This document shows, piece by piece, positions 20,801-32,079 of a DNA stretch of 64,000 bases. Source of the DNA: Cyanidioschyzon merolae (lineage: Eukaryota); assembly GCA_000091205.1 (NCBI GenBank), contig AP006490.2; one strand, written 5' to 3'. A program made the translations under genes and the position numbers. Position 1 is the first letter of the stretch. Every line of letters begins with the position of its first letter. The notes beneath the pieces are model-generated. The model was not told the DNA's origin. It did no database searches and worked only from the letters and a program-made list of their open reading frames with translations.

Positions 20801-21789
20801 GCTGCACACACGCGTGCACGCTGCTCCCTTCAGTAGAGGATTTTTGGAGCGGAATGTTGTCTATGATGAAACGAGTAGGAAGCGGCGAACCAAACTGGAG
20901 AACTATTCGAGAAACTTGAACCCAGCTACGCTCCATTCTTGCAAAACGTTGACGCACGCCTCACCAGTAATGATCACGCAGAAGACTCAAGTCCCAGTCC
21001 ATGACCGTTTTTCACCAAAACGGAAGAGGCGTGAGCCACCGCGAGCATATCCCGAGAGATTCATGAGGCTGCAGTGAAGCGCGGTCTTCCCTACGGCCCG
21101 CAAGAGAGGAGGATTCGCCTTTCGAGCGGAATCGATTATTTGCGGCGACAAATTTAGTCGACTCGTAATATGCTTTCGCCCGAGGACTGCCATTGGACGA
21201 CGTCGAGTGTTTCTCATCGTCAATCCAGAAGCGAGAATGGGCGCGCCAACAAGTTGGCGTGGAGCAAACCTATCGAAAACTTGAAGAATGCATCACATCA
21301 GCATGCGGCACAAAGGGGACGGAGAAGACGGGGAGGTTCTACCTACATACCTAATAAAATTATGAGTTACCTTAGCGACGCTTGCTTGAGAGGGTCGCGA
21401 ATCATCTCGCCTCTGGTTATCGTTCGAATGCAAGCGCCAGTGTCGAAGGAGCCTACCAAAAAAGACAACACTGAATGCTCCAAATTCGTCTGAATCCTAT
21501 ATTCCATATCTCTCCACTTCGAGTATCGAAGTTAATCCCCAAAATATTGTTATGGATAATAATCAACTCACAGGGACGGAGCGAGTACAGCATTCTTCCA
21601 TTTCATCGGAAAAAGGGTGTTGGACGCGCGTTCCACGCTGGCGGCAGGAGCCCATTCTTCGACGCCCAGGGCGGATCGCGTCATCCATAGCGAAGCTGTT
21701 GCTTCAGGTACCTGCGACTGGCGTGCTTCCTGATAACATTCTTTTCTTCGGGAGTTGGTGCAACCACCCACCATAAGTGGTTGTAAACC

Positions 21790-23715
21790 ATGGAGGATCA
21801 GCCACGGACTGGGACACTCACGTCCAACGATGCTGCTGCTATACCGCTACGAGGGCGCCCATTTGCGTACGAGTACGCTGCAGTCAACGCGCTGCAGTTG
21901 GTGCCAGAGTTCAAACAGCTCTTGGAAGGCAGCAATCTTCTCGCTTTTATCGCGTACCTTCGGCGACAGACGATTGAAAGTGGCGGGAGACCTGGACGCG
22001 TCTCCTGGCCAGTTTGGCTCCAGGCCGCAGAGGATCTCGGTCTAGGCGCCACTCGTGCGGCTATTCTCTGGAGAGGTGCACAGTTTGCGGACACGGACCG
22101 CGGCGCCTCTGCAGTGCAGTCTCTGGACGTTTTCAGTGAGTACGACTCTGTACCGCTCGCGCGCCTCGGAGCACTTCTGTTTCTATCGAGCGTCATTCCG
22201 CGGCCACTCGCTCGGGAAGTGGATGCGGCCTGGCTGGACTTTCCGTCTCCGACAACCATCACCGAGAGCGTTCCGCAGTTACTTAAGGAAGCAGCACGTT
22301 GGGAGACCCAGACCAAAGTCATCGACTTGCAAAGTGGGGAAGTCACGGAACACCTGTCCTTTGAACAGAAAAGCATTAGCGATGTCATGGCGGTCACCAC
22401 GTCGAGCATGGAAAAGATTCTCGGAATGGTTGAAAAGGGTAAATTCTACCCCGCAGGATCGTACATCTCCACACTGCGACGTCTACCCGCAATTCTTCAA
22501 TACAATTGTACTTTCCAGACAAAGATTCTGGTGGTTTCGCTTGGACTCACGTTCACCAATGGTGACGTATGTGCAGATGTCATCACCCCGTGGAATCCGA
22601 AGGGTCGTCCCGATGCAAATACTGGGACAAAATCTGCTGATGATATCGACTGGAACGATATTTGGATTCCGCTTCGCTGTATAGAGCACTTCCGTTTCCT
22701 GTTTGAATTGCCCGATGTGCCGCTGACATTGGGCTGGGATGCCACCCAGATTGTGGAGGGCATTTCCGAACCAGCAGTGAAATTTGCTGATTCAGTTTCA
22801 TATCTATTCGATCTCTTCAATATTCTGCTGGGCACTTGCTTCATCCGGAACAAGAACCTGCCGTGGGCGCATATTAGGTCGATTGCTGGCCTACGGGCTG
22901 TGGCGTCACTGCGGCCGTACCGCTGGGAGGTATCCGCACTCGTTCGATCGACGTTGATCAAACGTATCGACCACGAGGATACCGCCGACATAGATATCCG
23001 AGGGTGCAAGGATTGCCGGCTCGAGTTTGTTCCGGGAGACGCTACGACGATCGCGCATGTTACAATAGGCCAGTGCGTAGACTGCACCATCTTTGTGGCA
23101 GCTTGCAAGACGCTCATGCTGACCACGAGCGAGAGGGTTACCATTCTTGCCGCCGTGCACGCAGAGTTGCGAATCATCAATTGCCTAGAGTGCCAAATCT
23201 ATATCCTCTGCAACGAGCGGCCGGTGGCTTACGGAGACAATCGGCTCGTATACATTGGACCCGCTGCATACAATTTCGACGGCCTCGATAGTATCCTGAG
23301 CAGGCATGGGATTCGTACGGACTCCAACCGGTGGAGCGAGCCCTATGATTTTGAACGGGACGGTACCCCAACGTCCAACACGGTTGCGCTGATTCCGCCG
23401 AGCAGTTACTGGCCCCCGGTGCTTGCGTGGAAGAACGCCAAGGACCTGCGCTCTTGTCCGTGGCAGATCGAGAAGGAGTACCTGGAGGTGTTCGAGCACA
23501 GATCAGCCAGCGTTGATCGGCTGCGACGAAGCGTATGCGACAGGTTCGGCGATCGCAAAGATGCCATGTCGCAGCTGCAAGACCTCGTCCATGCTCGATT
23601 TCGAGAATGGCTCGGGAACGGTAATCGGATGCGCTCCGTTCACGATCTGCTCCGTATGGAGAGGACGGAAGCGAAAGAGGCGCCCAAAGACTCGTCAGAA
23701 CAAAGTGCATCTTGA
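21790..23715 (+). CDS. TBCC-domain containing protein (TBCCD1/cofactor C-like, beta-helix C-CAP domain)
   Basis: A repetitive beta-helix segment (AHVTIGQCVDCTIFVAACKTLMLTTSERVTILAAVHAELRIINCLECQIYILCNERPVAYGDNRLVYIGP) resembles the TBCC/RP2 C-CAP domain. The start is an ATG at 21790. There is no other recognisable domain. Confidence 0.45.
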   Translation: MEDQPRTGTLTSNDAAAIPLRGRPFAYEYAAVNALQLVPEFKQLLEGSNLLAFIAYLRRQTIESGGRPGRVSWPVWLQAAEDLGLGATRAAILWRGAQFADTDRGASAVQSLDVFSEYDSVPLARLGALLFLSSVIPRPLAREVDAAWLDFPSPTTITESVPQLLKEAARWETQTKVIDLQSGEVTEHLSFEQKSISDVMAVTTSSMEKILGMVEKGKFYPAGSYISTLRRLPAILQYNCTFQTKILVVSLGLTFTNGDVCADVITPWNPKGRPDANTGTKSADDIDWNDIWIPLRCIEHFRFLFELPDVPLTLGWDATQIVEGISEPAVKFADSVSYLFDLFNILLGTCFIRNKNLPWAHIRSIAGLRAVASLRPYRWEVSALVRSTLIKRIDHEDTADIDIRGCKDCRLEFVPGDATTIAHVTIGQCVDCTIFVAACKTLMLTTSERVTILAAVHAELRIINCLECQIYILCNERPVAYGDNRLVYIGPAAYNFDGLDSILSRHGIRTDSNRWSEPYDFERDGTPTSNTVALIPPSSYWPPVLAWKNAKDLRSCPWQIEKEYLEVFEHRSASVDRLRRSVCDRFGDRKDAMSQLQDLVHARFREWLGNGNRMRSVHDLLRMERTEAKEAPKDSSEQSAS

Positions 23716-24678
23716 TTCCGACAGCCGATGGCATCGGGATAAGCTCGCAAAGCATCTCGTACTGCGCTCATGCCTCAGCGCAGGCTGATGTAGAGCTCTG
23801 TGCTCCCAAACGGCAGCGTTGTCGACGAAGCGCTGCTCGCTGCGCGGAACCGCACCGGCTTGCACCCTGTGGCACACCGGGCATTAAGAGCCGGACCGTA
23901 TCTAGATGGAATTTTTCAGGTTCTTTGCGATACGCGGCTGGCAATGAATCTATCCATCCGAAGAAGGTTGCACAGTGCTACCCACAGAATCAGTAGAATA
24001 ACTGATCGTACGGAGCAGTGTGCGTGCTTTGCACCCTGCATGAAAATTCTAAACCTTCCTCGATCGGGGCCTGCTCCAGGCTGGCACTGGACCAAGTTTC
24101 GGTTTCTCCTCGATAAGACCGGCAGAAACCAGCGCTATCGCAGTGGCGGCGACGATCGCTGAGACTTGAGGCACCAGGAGCACTCAGGACCCACGCCTCA
24201 TAGTTCAGGTTCTGAATCAGATCTGGTCTGGAGTACATGGTGAAGTGCTAGTGATCCGAGTCTAGTCTTACTCGGGACTAGAGCTGGTACATAGGCGACG
24301 TGCAGCCTTCAAGCACCAAGCACGAACCATCTCCTTGTCGTTCTTTATCCGCAAATGATTTCGAGTACCAGGCATCTGTATCACAGTCCCTGGATCCGTG
24401 CCCTGGATACCTAGGCGCACGGCTCTGATCGTATGTGCTGCGGAGGCATGCGCCGGGCTCCCACAAACCGAAGACTTCGTCATTCTCGGCTTCGTGCGTA
24501 GCCGGGTGCATGTGCCTCTATGAATGCATGATCACGCCGCAGGTCTGCGCATCGAGTCCGCTGCGCATTGCTCTCTCGTTGTAAACGAGCGCGCACCGCG
24601 TGCTTCCGTTCAGACAGTGTATGTTGGTTTGTTTGTGTGTCGGTAGACTGGCGCGATAATCGACTGAGGCGTCGCATT

Positions 24679-26292
24679 TCATTTAGGCGATGTCGACGCC
24701 CGGTTCGCTTTCGCCTGCTCTATACGCTCCAGGCTCAATCGTAAGCTCTCTCTCTGCCGGATCAGGTGCGGGGGCATCGAGCTGTACACATCGAGGAACA
24801 TGTCGAGTGGTGGTTCCTTTTCCTCTTGTTCAGCGCTAGATAGTGCATCAAGAACCAGAGTGCGTTCGCGTTTACGCATCGCCTGCTCTTCTGCAGGCGA
24901 CACGTTCAGAAAGCGTCCCAAACGGGCGATCGGGTCGGCATAACGCATGAAGTAGTCAATCTCTTCGAGCGAACGGTACTGGGAGGAGTCATCCGATGTC
25001 GAATGATGCCCACCTCTGTAGGTCAGCAGCTCCAAAAGCATCGGTCTACTCGTTGCCACAATTCGATCGCGGGCATAGTTTGTGGCAACGTAAACAGCCA
25101 GGGCATCGTTCCCATCACAACGAATCGCGTCCATACCATAGCCACATGCCCGTCTGGCAATGCCATCCCCGCGGAACTGTTCGGTTGCAGGCGTCGAGAT
25201 CGCATACCCATTGTTGCGGCAGATAAAAAGCACCGGGCAGTCGAGTGTGGACGCGAAATTCATGGCAGCGTGAAAATCGCCTTCGCTTGCAGCGCCCTCG
25301 CCAAAGTAACATGCTGCGATCCCTTTGCCATCAAGTTTGAGCGCATATGCCGCGCCTACAGCGTGGGGTATCTGCGTAGCCAAAGTTGATGAAATGGTAT
25401 GAAAATGCATATCTTTTCGGCCGTAGTGCACGGGCATCTGATGGCCACGCGCAGGCTCCTTCCGCGTGCTGCAGCATTGCTGGCAAAAATCGTCATACGT
25501 GTAGCCGCGCCACAGCAGAACGCCTTGCTCTCTGTACTGCGCGAAAACCTCATCATGGTTATCTAAGGCCGCTGCGGACGCAACAACGGCAGCCTCCTCG
25601 CAAAACGAGGTCAAGTAGAAAGATATTCGGCCTTGACGTTGCGCGGAAAACAAAATCGAATCCATTACGTTCAGAGCAACCATGCAGTCATAGATCTTGC
25701 GCAGCACTGCCCCGCTTACTTTTTCCTCCACTGACTTGGAGTCAACTCCATCGACCAGTTCACCGTTGTTATTCAAAAGTCGGAAAGCTGGTATGGGCAA
25801 GAGCTTTGCCGCTTCTTCAACGACGAGCTTGTGTGTGTACGGCGCTGCAACCGCCCCTGGAAAGTGCACTTCCCCGCCCGGTGAAAACCAGCTCACAGGC
25901 CGCTCCGTCCCACTTGAACAGCAGCGAGCTTGCTGTCCGACAGCGGCGTAGCTCCCTGAGCAGCCCTGCTGGTACGCGTTTCCGATGCGTCGACCGTGGT
26001 GCTTTTCAACTTGGGCACGGAAAGCCGCTCGGTACGCGATTCGAACAGAGTCTTGTACCGCACGCGTCAACAAGACACGCACGTTTTTCAAGTACGACTT
26101 AGAGTGATACATTCGTGTCCGAACATCTCCAATTCCTTGGCTCCGAGCGCAACAGTGCCTTGCTATGGAACGACTCCCGACCAAGGACCAGGCGCGAGGT
26201 ACAGACCCGTCGTTGAGAGCGCACGCGGCAGCGCCACTGCCTCGCAGCTGTGGAGCCAAGTATCGCACTGCGGTCGTGGAGTCATTCACCAT
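24679..26292 (-). CDS. BCKDHA: Branched-chain alpha-keto acid dehydrogenase E1 component alpha subunit (2-oxoisovalerate dehydrogenase alpha), mitochondrial
   Basis: The ORF is near-colinear with BCKDHA: FPGA..., RISFYLTSFCEEAAVVASAAALDNHDEVFAQYREQGVLLWRGY, QMPVHYG, ISSTLATQIPHAVGAAYA, YFGEGAASEGDFHAAMNFASTLDCPVLFICRNNGYAISTP, and the phosphorylation-loop motif YRGGHHSTSDDSSQYRS. Alternative ATGs lie at 26292 and 26112; the presequence is about 70-130 aa. Confidence 0.9.
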   Translation of the reverse strand: MVNDSTTAVRYLAPQLRGSGAAACALNDGSVPRAWSLVGSRSIARHCCARSQGIGDVRTRMYHSKSYLKNVRVLLTRAVQDSVRIAYRAAFRAQVEKHHGRRIGNAYQQGCSGSYAAVGQQARCCSSGTERPVSWFSPGGEVHFPGAVAAPYTHKLVVEEAAKLLPIPAFRLLNNNGELVDGVDSKSVEEKVSGAVLRKIYDCMVALNVMDSILFSAQRQGRISFYLTSFCEEAAVVASAAALDNHDEVFAQYREQGVLLWRGYTYDDFCQQCCSTRKEPARGHQMPVHYGRKDMHFHTISSTLATQIPHAVGAAYALKLDGKGIAACYFGEGAASEGDFHAAMNFASTLDCPVLFICRNNGYAISTPATEQFRGDGIARRACGYGMDAIRCDGNDALAVYVATNYARDRIVATSRPMLLELLTYRGGHHSTSDDSSQYRSLEEIDYFMRYADPIARLGRFLNVSPAEEQAMRKRERTLVLDALSSAEQEEKEPPLDMFLDVYSSMPPHLIRQRESLRLSLERIEQAKANRASTSPK

Positions 26293-27095
26293 GCGCTGCT
26301 GGATTCGCTACCCGCTCCAGTGCTACAACGACCATATTTCATTGACAGCGTTTGGGGGACACGTTGTCGCTAGGAGGCACTGTCGTTGTATACTTGTCGG
26401 ATCGTTGATGAGCAACACAACGAGGTACATACGGAACCCGAGCGCTCATAGAAGATCTAAGGGCTCACGCTTGTCGTGCCTGGTCGAAGCCCGCAGGGGC
26501 TCGTTCCCGGCGGAGAAGCACATGGTCAGCACTAGTCCCTTTTCTGAATCTGTCCGGGCGTCGGATATGCGCTCGTGAGCTGGGCGGCACTCGGCCTGCT
26601 CAATGACAGCGTGCGCTTCGCATCACGGACGGGTGCCACATGCAAGTTAAGTATCCCGGTATCGAAGGCTTCTCGAAGATAAGCAGTGCAGACACTGCAT
26701 TGGGCTTTGGAGCGAACCGATTGTCTAGATAAGGGCGATAAAGGTACCTCAAGCTATTCTGTCTCTGTACAGCGCCCGCAGCAAAGCCGCAGCCAATGCG
26801 ACGCATCGCGCCGACGGTAGCCGCGGCATCCGCAGGGACACTGGGTTGCTCCAGACGCTTTCCCTACGAGACGACAAGCCTTAGATTCATAACACCTGGA
26901 GGTATCCGGAGAGAAGCGCTCGTCTCTCCTATAGCTGCATATAGAAACCGCGATTCCCAGCAGGCATGCGGTGAGTTGGCGATCGACTTGAACGAACGCA
27001 AGCGGACGTGTGCGTCGCGCCACGTGTCCAGCATCGGGTGCTTTTGCGGCGGCGCGGCTTGGACCTCAGGTGTGTCTGCCCAGGAGCCTTGTGAC

Positions 27096-28235
27096 ATGGC
27101 TGGTGAACTGAACCGACGAGTGCTGCAGCTGATTCCCTCTGATCTGGAAAATGATCCGAAGTTTTTAACCTTTCTCGCAGCGAACGTGCCAAAAGCAGAG
27201 CTCCATATCCACATTGAAGGCGCGCTGGAGCCAGAGCTCGCGCTCAAGCTCGCCGCACGAAACAACGTCACCGAAGTGCTTTCGAAATATGATAGCTCCG
27301 TCGCAAAGCTAAGAGAGTCCTACAACTTTAGTGATCTACAGTCGTTCCTCAATGTCTATTACGATACTATGCAAGTGCTACGGACAGCTGATGACTTTTT
27401 CTGTTTGACAAGAGCGTACCTGGAACAGGCCCGAATACAGCACGTTCGCCACGTAGAGCTCTTCTTCGACGGACCGTTTCATGTAAGACGCGGGGTACGG
27501 CTCTCAAGCGTGATTGACGGGATCCGCTCGGCGTTAGAAAACGCCGAAGCTGAATGGGGCCTCTCCTGGCGCCTCCTCATGTGTCTCCAGCGAGAACTGC
27601 CACCGGAGGAAGCGCTCCATTGCGTCCGTCAGATTGGACCCTACCGACCATGGATTCATGGCATTGGGCTAGACGGTGCCGAGAAGCCTAACCCTCCGGA
27701 GCGATTCGCAGATGCTTTCAATCTGGCGCGCTCTATGGGCCTGCATTGTGTCGCCCATGCAGGAGAGGAGGGACCACCTCCATACATTTACACGGCGTTG
27801 AACGTTCTGCACGTGGAACGTATCGATCACGGCGTTCGTGCAGTGGAAGACCCCTCACTACTGGAGATGCTTCGTGTGAGATTGGTGCCACTGACGGTGT
27901 GCCCGTTGTCGAACTGGCGCCTCCGTGTGGTAGAGAGTCTGGCACAGCATCCGATAAAGGAGCTCATGGACGCCGGGCTGTGCGTTACTCTGAACTCGGA
28001 TGATCCAGCCTATTTTGGTGGCTACATCAACGAGAATTTCTCGGCGATGATTCACGAAAAACATCTTAACTGTACGCAAGTCTTGGGGCTTTTGGAAAAT
28101 TCATTCGTCGCATCGTTCCTCGAGCCAAACCAACGAAATCTTTTCTTGGGCGAGCAATGCTCTGCAGTTGAGTCCTGTGTGCGTACGTGGCAAACAGACC
28201 CAAATCGCCATGAGAGCGTTGTCTCCACAGCATAG
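27096..28235 (+). CDS. Adenine deaminase of the adenosine/AMP deaminase superfamily (AAH1-type)
   Basis: The metal-binding and catalytic motifs are LHIHIEGAL, VAHAGEEG, CPLSNWRLRVV and LNSDDPAYFGGYINENF. The track ORF starts at 26796; the first ATG matching the conserved N-terminus is 27096. Confidence 0.85.
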   Translation: MAGELNRRVLQLIPSDLENDPKFLTFLAANVPKAELHIHIEGALEPELALKLAARNNVTEVLSKYDSSVAKLRESYNFSDLQSFLNVYYDTMQVLRTADDFFCLTRAYLEQARIQHVRHVELFFDGPFHVRRGVRLSSVIDGIRSALENAEAEWGLSWRLLMCLQRELPPEEALHCVRQIGPYRPWIHGIGLDGAEKPNPPERFADAFNLARSMGLHCVAHAGEEGPPPYIYTALNVLHVERIDHGVRAVEDPSLLEMLRVRLVPLTVCPLSNWRLRVVESLAQHPIKELMDAGLCVTLNSDDPAYFGGYINENFSAMIHEKHLNCTQVLGLLENSFVASFLEPNQRNLFLGEQCSAVESCVRTWQTDPNRHESVVSTA

Positions 28236-28548
28236 ACGAGTTGGCAGCGTGTCTGGGCCAGTTGTATGCCATGGAACGATTCCTTCGATGATGTTTCTCC
28301 TCAAAAAGTTCATGCGCTCAGACGCCAAGCATCCGCTTAAGATTTGTCTGCACAAATATGCTCAACGGGCCCAGCATTGGCAGTATCCTGGCGAGTACTC
28401 AGCATTTCGCATTGGAACAGGCACGTGCGGGAAAGAAACTCTCCAGTATGGAGCGCTCGCTTCTGCACGCGCTTCCTTGCTCTTCGCAGACGCTGTCGAG
28501 AGGCCAGATGCTTTCTAGTTATAGCTCCGCAGGCGGCCTTCCAATTCT

Positions 28549-29505
28549 TCAAATCCACTTTAGTACTAGTATCAAGAACAGCACTACACACCCCAGTGCC
28601 AGTATGAGTGTACAGTAGTGGATCCAGCCGCGTTTCTGCGTTCTTCGCGCCCGCTGCAACTGCTTTAAAGCCTGTTCTGCCTCCATGTCAGCCTGCTCGA
28701 TGTTATAATCGATTCGGTCTATAATGCTGCCTTGTTCTGTAACAAGCAGCGAGAGATCTCGCATGATTCCCGAGAGCTCCTGAATAGAACGCGCGATGCG
28801 GCGAGCCTCTTCGTATCGCGCGCCCGCATGCATCTCCGCGTGTCGCCACAGGGCCAACTGTGATTCGTTGAACCCTGGGTCATATGTGCTGAAATTATCT
28901 GGATGGTTATCATCCATGGAGTCGTTAGCACCGGCTTTCGTTCTAAATAGCGCTCCGTTAACGCGGAGAGCGAGAGCGTTATCCGCATCCGCTTTGCGGA
29001 GACGATCCAGGAATCGGCGCTGTTCCCGTCGAAAACGAATACTCAGTTCCTGGACTTGCATGGCATGCTTCTTCTGAACATTTTCTCTTATAATGCGCTC
29101 AGTTCGAGAGAGGCTGATTTCGTGCACGAGCTCGCTCAATTGCCGTACTTTGGCTTCGCAGCTCTGGAACAACCTCGCCACCTCTGCCGTTTTTTTGTCG
29201 ACCACGTACTCTTCTTCACTCTTGTCAGCAAACTCTGGCAACAACAGTTTTCTGCGCATATTTTCCAGCTCATCCATACCAGAGCGTATTGTAGCCAAGT
29301 CCTCTTGGATGGACTCGTGGAGATCCACCCACCGCGGCGGCAACAGGGCGACTCCTTTGGCGACCTGGGTTACGCCCGCCCGCGCAGCAGCGGGTGCTTG
29401 CTGCTTCTCGCTTTTCAGTTCTTCAAGCGCGCTCCGTTCACCGAGAGCAAGACGAGCCTCAGCTCGGTAGCGCTTAAAAACCGACGTCCTGTCGCGGCTT
29501 GTCAT
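28549..29505 (-). CDS. Qa-SNARE of the syntaxin-16/Tlg2 family
   Basis: The N-peptide is MTSRDRTSVF. The SNARE motif is LVTEQGSIIDRIDYNIEQADMEAEQALKQLQRA, with the Q layer. A C-terminal TM anchor follows (IHYCTLILALGCVVLFLILVLKWI). The ATG start is confirmed. Confidence 0.85.
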   Translation of the reverse strand: MTSRDRTSVFKRYRAEARLALGERSALEELKSEKQQAPAAARAGVTQVAKGVALLPPRWVDLHESIQEDLATIRSGMDELENMRRKLLLPEFADKSEEEYVVDKKTAEVARLFQSCEAKVRQLSELVHEISLSRTERIIRENVQKKHAMQVQELSIRFRREQRRFLDRLRKADADNALALRVNGALFRTKAGANDSMDDNHPDNFSTYDPGFNESQLALWRHAEMHAGARYEEARRIARSIQELSGIMRDLSLLVTEQGSIIDRIDYNIEQADMEAEQALKQLQRARRTQKRGWIHYCTLILALGCVVLFLILVLKWI

Positions 29506-29752
29506 GTTGCGCGAGGGAGAGCCTTTGCTGAAACCAGTTACCGCTCTTCGAACTAGAGCTCCTGGTCGCTATCGTCCAGTGGACGCGAAGACGCGGAGCT
29601 GAACCTCGTATGCTTCAGGAGGCTTTGACGCCCCGCGTCTCGTTCCAGGAAACACGTTCGAGGTCTGGGAACGACCCGCAACTAGCACCGTTCTCTAGTG
29701 CTGCTTACGGACGCTCGCCTGCCCGCCGCGCGCGTCGACACTTGACACCGCA

Positions 29753-30553
29753 TTGAGCGCTTCTCCGCAGACAATGCCTGAAACCGGGGACACCGACGGG
29801 GCTGCTCTCAATCAAGAAGAGAGGGTACCAACGGAACTCTCTGAAAATGAACAGGAAGGTGGTTCGGCGAGTGCTGGAGAGAAGCTTCGCGACCCAAGGT
29901 ATCCGCTCAAGGTAAAGTATGCCCCGTGCGGCCTGCCTCCCGAGTACTGCGAGTTCCACTCGCAGGATGAGTTGAGACAGTGTTTGCCTTGGCTCGCTAC
30001 GCACTTTCCCCATTGGTTTGAGTCTCGAGACCAGGAGAGATCGATCGATCCCCAGAAACAAACACGAACGAGCGCGCCCTTGCCACCAGAGCAGCGTTCT
30101 GAGGGACTTGAAGAGATCCGGGTTGATTTCAGCGCTTTCGCGGACGCTTTCGCCGAACTCAGAGTGACCGCGAAAACGAATGCTGTGAACAAACCGGACC
30201 GCAAAGAGTCTACCAAGCACTCGGGAGGCAAACAGAAAGGCAGCAAGATCGATAACGTGATCATCCACGTGAGCAAAGTCAAAGGAAACAAACAAATGAC
30301 AGCAGTTCATGGTCTCGAGGCATTCTTGGAGCGAGGCACCATCAAGGATATGGCAAAATTATGCAAAAAGCGGTTCAGTTGTGGTGCAACGATTACGAGA
30401 ACTGAAGCTCATGGAGAGGCCCTTGAAATCCAGGGCGATCGCTCGACGGACATTGCCGAATGGCTCCGAGACGAGTTCTTAGTACCAGCGGATCGAATTT
30501 TCTTCGCAACCACGGGTGATCTGAGGAATAAACAAGCTGCGTTTCCTGCTTGA
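29753..30553 (+). CDS. DENR: Density-regulated protein / translation machinery-associated protein 22 (DENR/Tma22) with a SUI1 domain
   Basis: YPLKVKYAPCGLPPEYCEF matches the DENR zinc-binding N-terminus (YCGVCSLPPEYCE). The C-terminal SUI1 fold reads IIHVSKVKGNKQMTAVHGLEAF...AKLCKKRFSCGATIT. The actual initiator is probably the ATG about 7 codons downstream (MPETGD). Confidence 0.85.
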   Translation: MSASPQTMPETGDTDGAALNQEERVPTELSENEQEGGSASAGEKLRDPRYPLKVKYAPCGLPPEYCEFHSQDELRQCLPWLATHFPHWFESRDQERSIDPQKQTRTSAPLPPEQRSEGLEEIRVDFSAFADAFAELRVTAKTNAVNKPDRKESTKHSGGKQKGSKIDNVIIHVSKVKGNKQMTAVHGLEAFLERGTIKDMAKLCKKRFSCGATITRTEAHGEALEIQGDRSTDIAEWLRDEFLVPADRIFFATTGDLRNKQAAFPA

Positions 30554-32079
30554 GCAGTTTCGTTCATGTGGAAGGCGAAGAAACCGGCTGTGTACCCAGA
30601 CGCGATGCCGCGAATGCGGACGCCGATTGTAATCCACATGGGCAAGCGTTTCGGTCACGACTCGACAGCGACACCTTTAGAACAGAATCAGGTTTTCCAG
30701 ACGACGTCGCCGTACCGCAGTTAGGTATGATAGACAAGCTCGGAAATCGCAATATGTCTGCGGCATGCAGAGGGTATCGCAGCTCCGGGGATATGGTTGT
30801 TTTTCGTTGAATAGGAGCACGATGGCGCGCTCATGGTTGGTGAACGCCTCTGGAGCAAGTCGGCACGAGCTCGTTAAGCGTCGTGTCTGTGTGTCTCGCA
30901 GAAGATGAACTTTAAGGTCAGAGGCATGCATGGACCGGGGAAGCATCATGGCTGTGCATAGCATAGTGGAAACGGTATCACGTCTTGTAGATGCACTTCA
31001 GTCAGTCAGGTGCCGAAAGTGTTTGCGTCGCAGCGGATGCTGCACATCTGTTTACAGTTTTTGTTGACAGGCTCGCGAGACATTACCAACGGCGAACGCA
31101 GCACGGCAACGCTCTGTGCTGCGCTTCCTCAGAGTCGATTTACTGGGCTGTGTCTGTAAGCGAATGCCACGAGCATCGAGCTTCTGGTGCATGTGTACCA
31201 AATCCGACATCACTCCGTCCTGATCGTACTGCTCGACGAAGGTCTCGTTGCGCGGAAAACTGTGCTGTGGTGTTATGCATAGCGGTATCCTCAACGCAAC
31301 GCGGGGATTCGTGCACGGAGCACGACAAGTTCTTCGACGCCGACAGTCTTCTAAATGGCAGAGCATTCCTCTGGCTGCCTTCACTGCTCGGGTCCTGATC
31401 ACGAATACCTGGAGTATGAACTTGACTCTGTGCGATGTGGCGCTTTCGTCCTTGATCGAAGCGAGCAACGGTCACCAGCAGCTATCAAAGACGAATGCAC
31501 TGGACGGGGCGCACAACATTGACAAGTCCAGCACGCGGTCCTTCCTGGATGCAACGAGTTTACTCGCGACATGATCCGCGTATCGTGCATCGACGATGCA
31601 CGAGAGTCCGCCACTTGAACGCCAGACAGGTGTCAAATTAAAATGGAACATTGAGCTCCCTGCTCTGTTCCTGCTTTTCGACTTTGTTTGGGAACTTGTC
31701 TACGCGTACAGCCTCAATACTCGAATTTCAACAGTAAGGGTTTCCGAACTTGTACCAAATATAAGGATTATAGTTTGGTTTTCGGATTGGCAGTTTCGAC
31801 GCTTTGCTCTCTGAATGCGTGACGTCATCGAAACCAAGATGAATGATGACGCCCTTGAACGAGGGTTCGTGAAATAACCGATATCGTTATTCAAGTAATA
31901 GGGACAAGCTTCTAGGCGTCTCCGTTCTCTACTAGTAGCATGCTCAAATCAGAGGTTCCTCACGTTTGCAACCGTTTTTTCAAGGCAGTATGCGGGCACA
32001 GCAATTCGTGCGCTGCATTGACGAGACCAAAAAAATACTCGAGGTCGTCCCATGCCAACTTGTTAACGAGCGTATTCCT

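Noticed and set aside
21798-22409. A 203-aa antisense ORF and the 22055..22684 plus ORF within the TBCC-domain gene region
   Set aside because: They overlap the 641-aa ATG-initiated ORF, which carries the beta-helix repeats. They have no independent support.
25386-26102. A 238-aa antisense ORF inside BCKDHA, and similar antisense ORFs inside SufD (15946..16651), APC5 (51913..52341) and SufS (41427..42160)
   Set aside because: They lie opposite strongly conserved coding frames and have an Arg/Ala/Pro-rich composition typical of GC-rich antisense translation.
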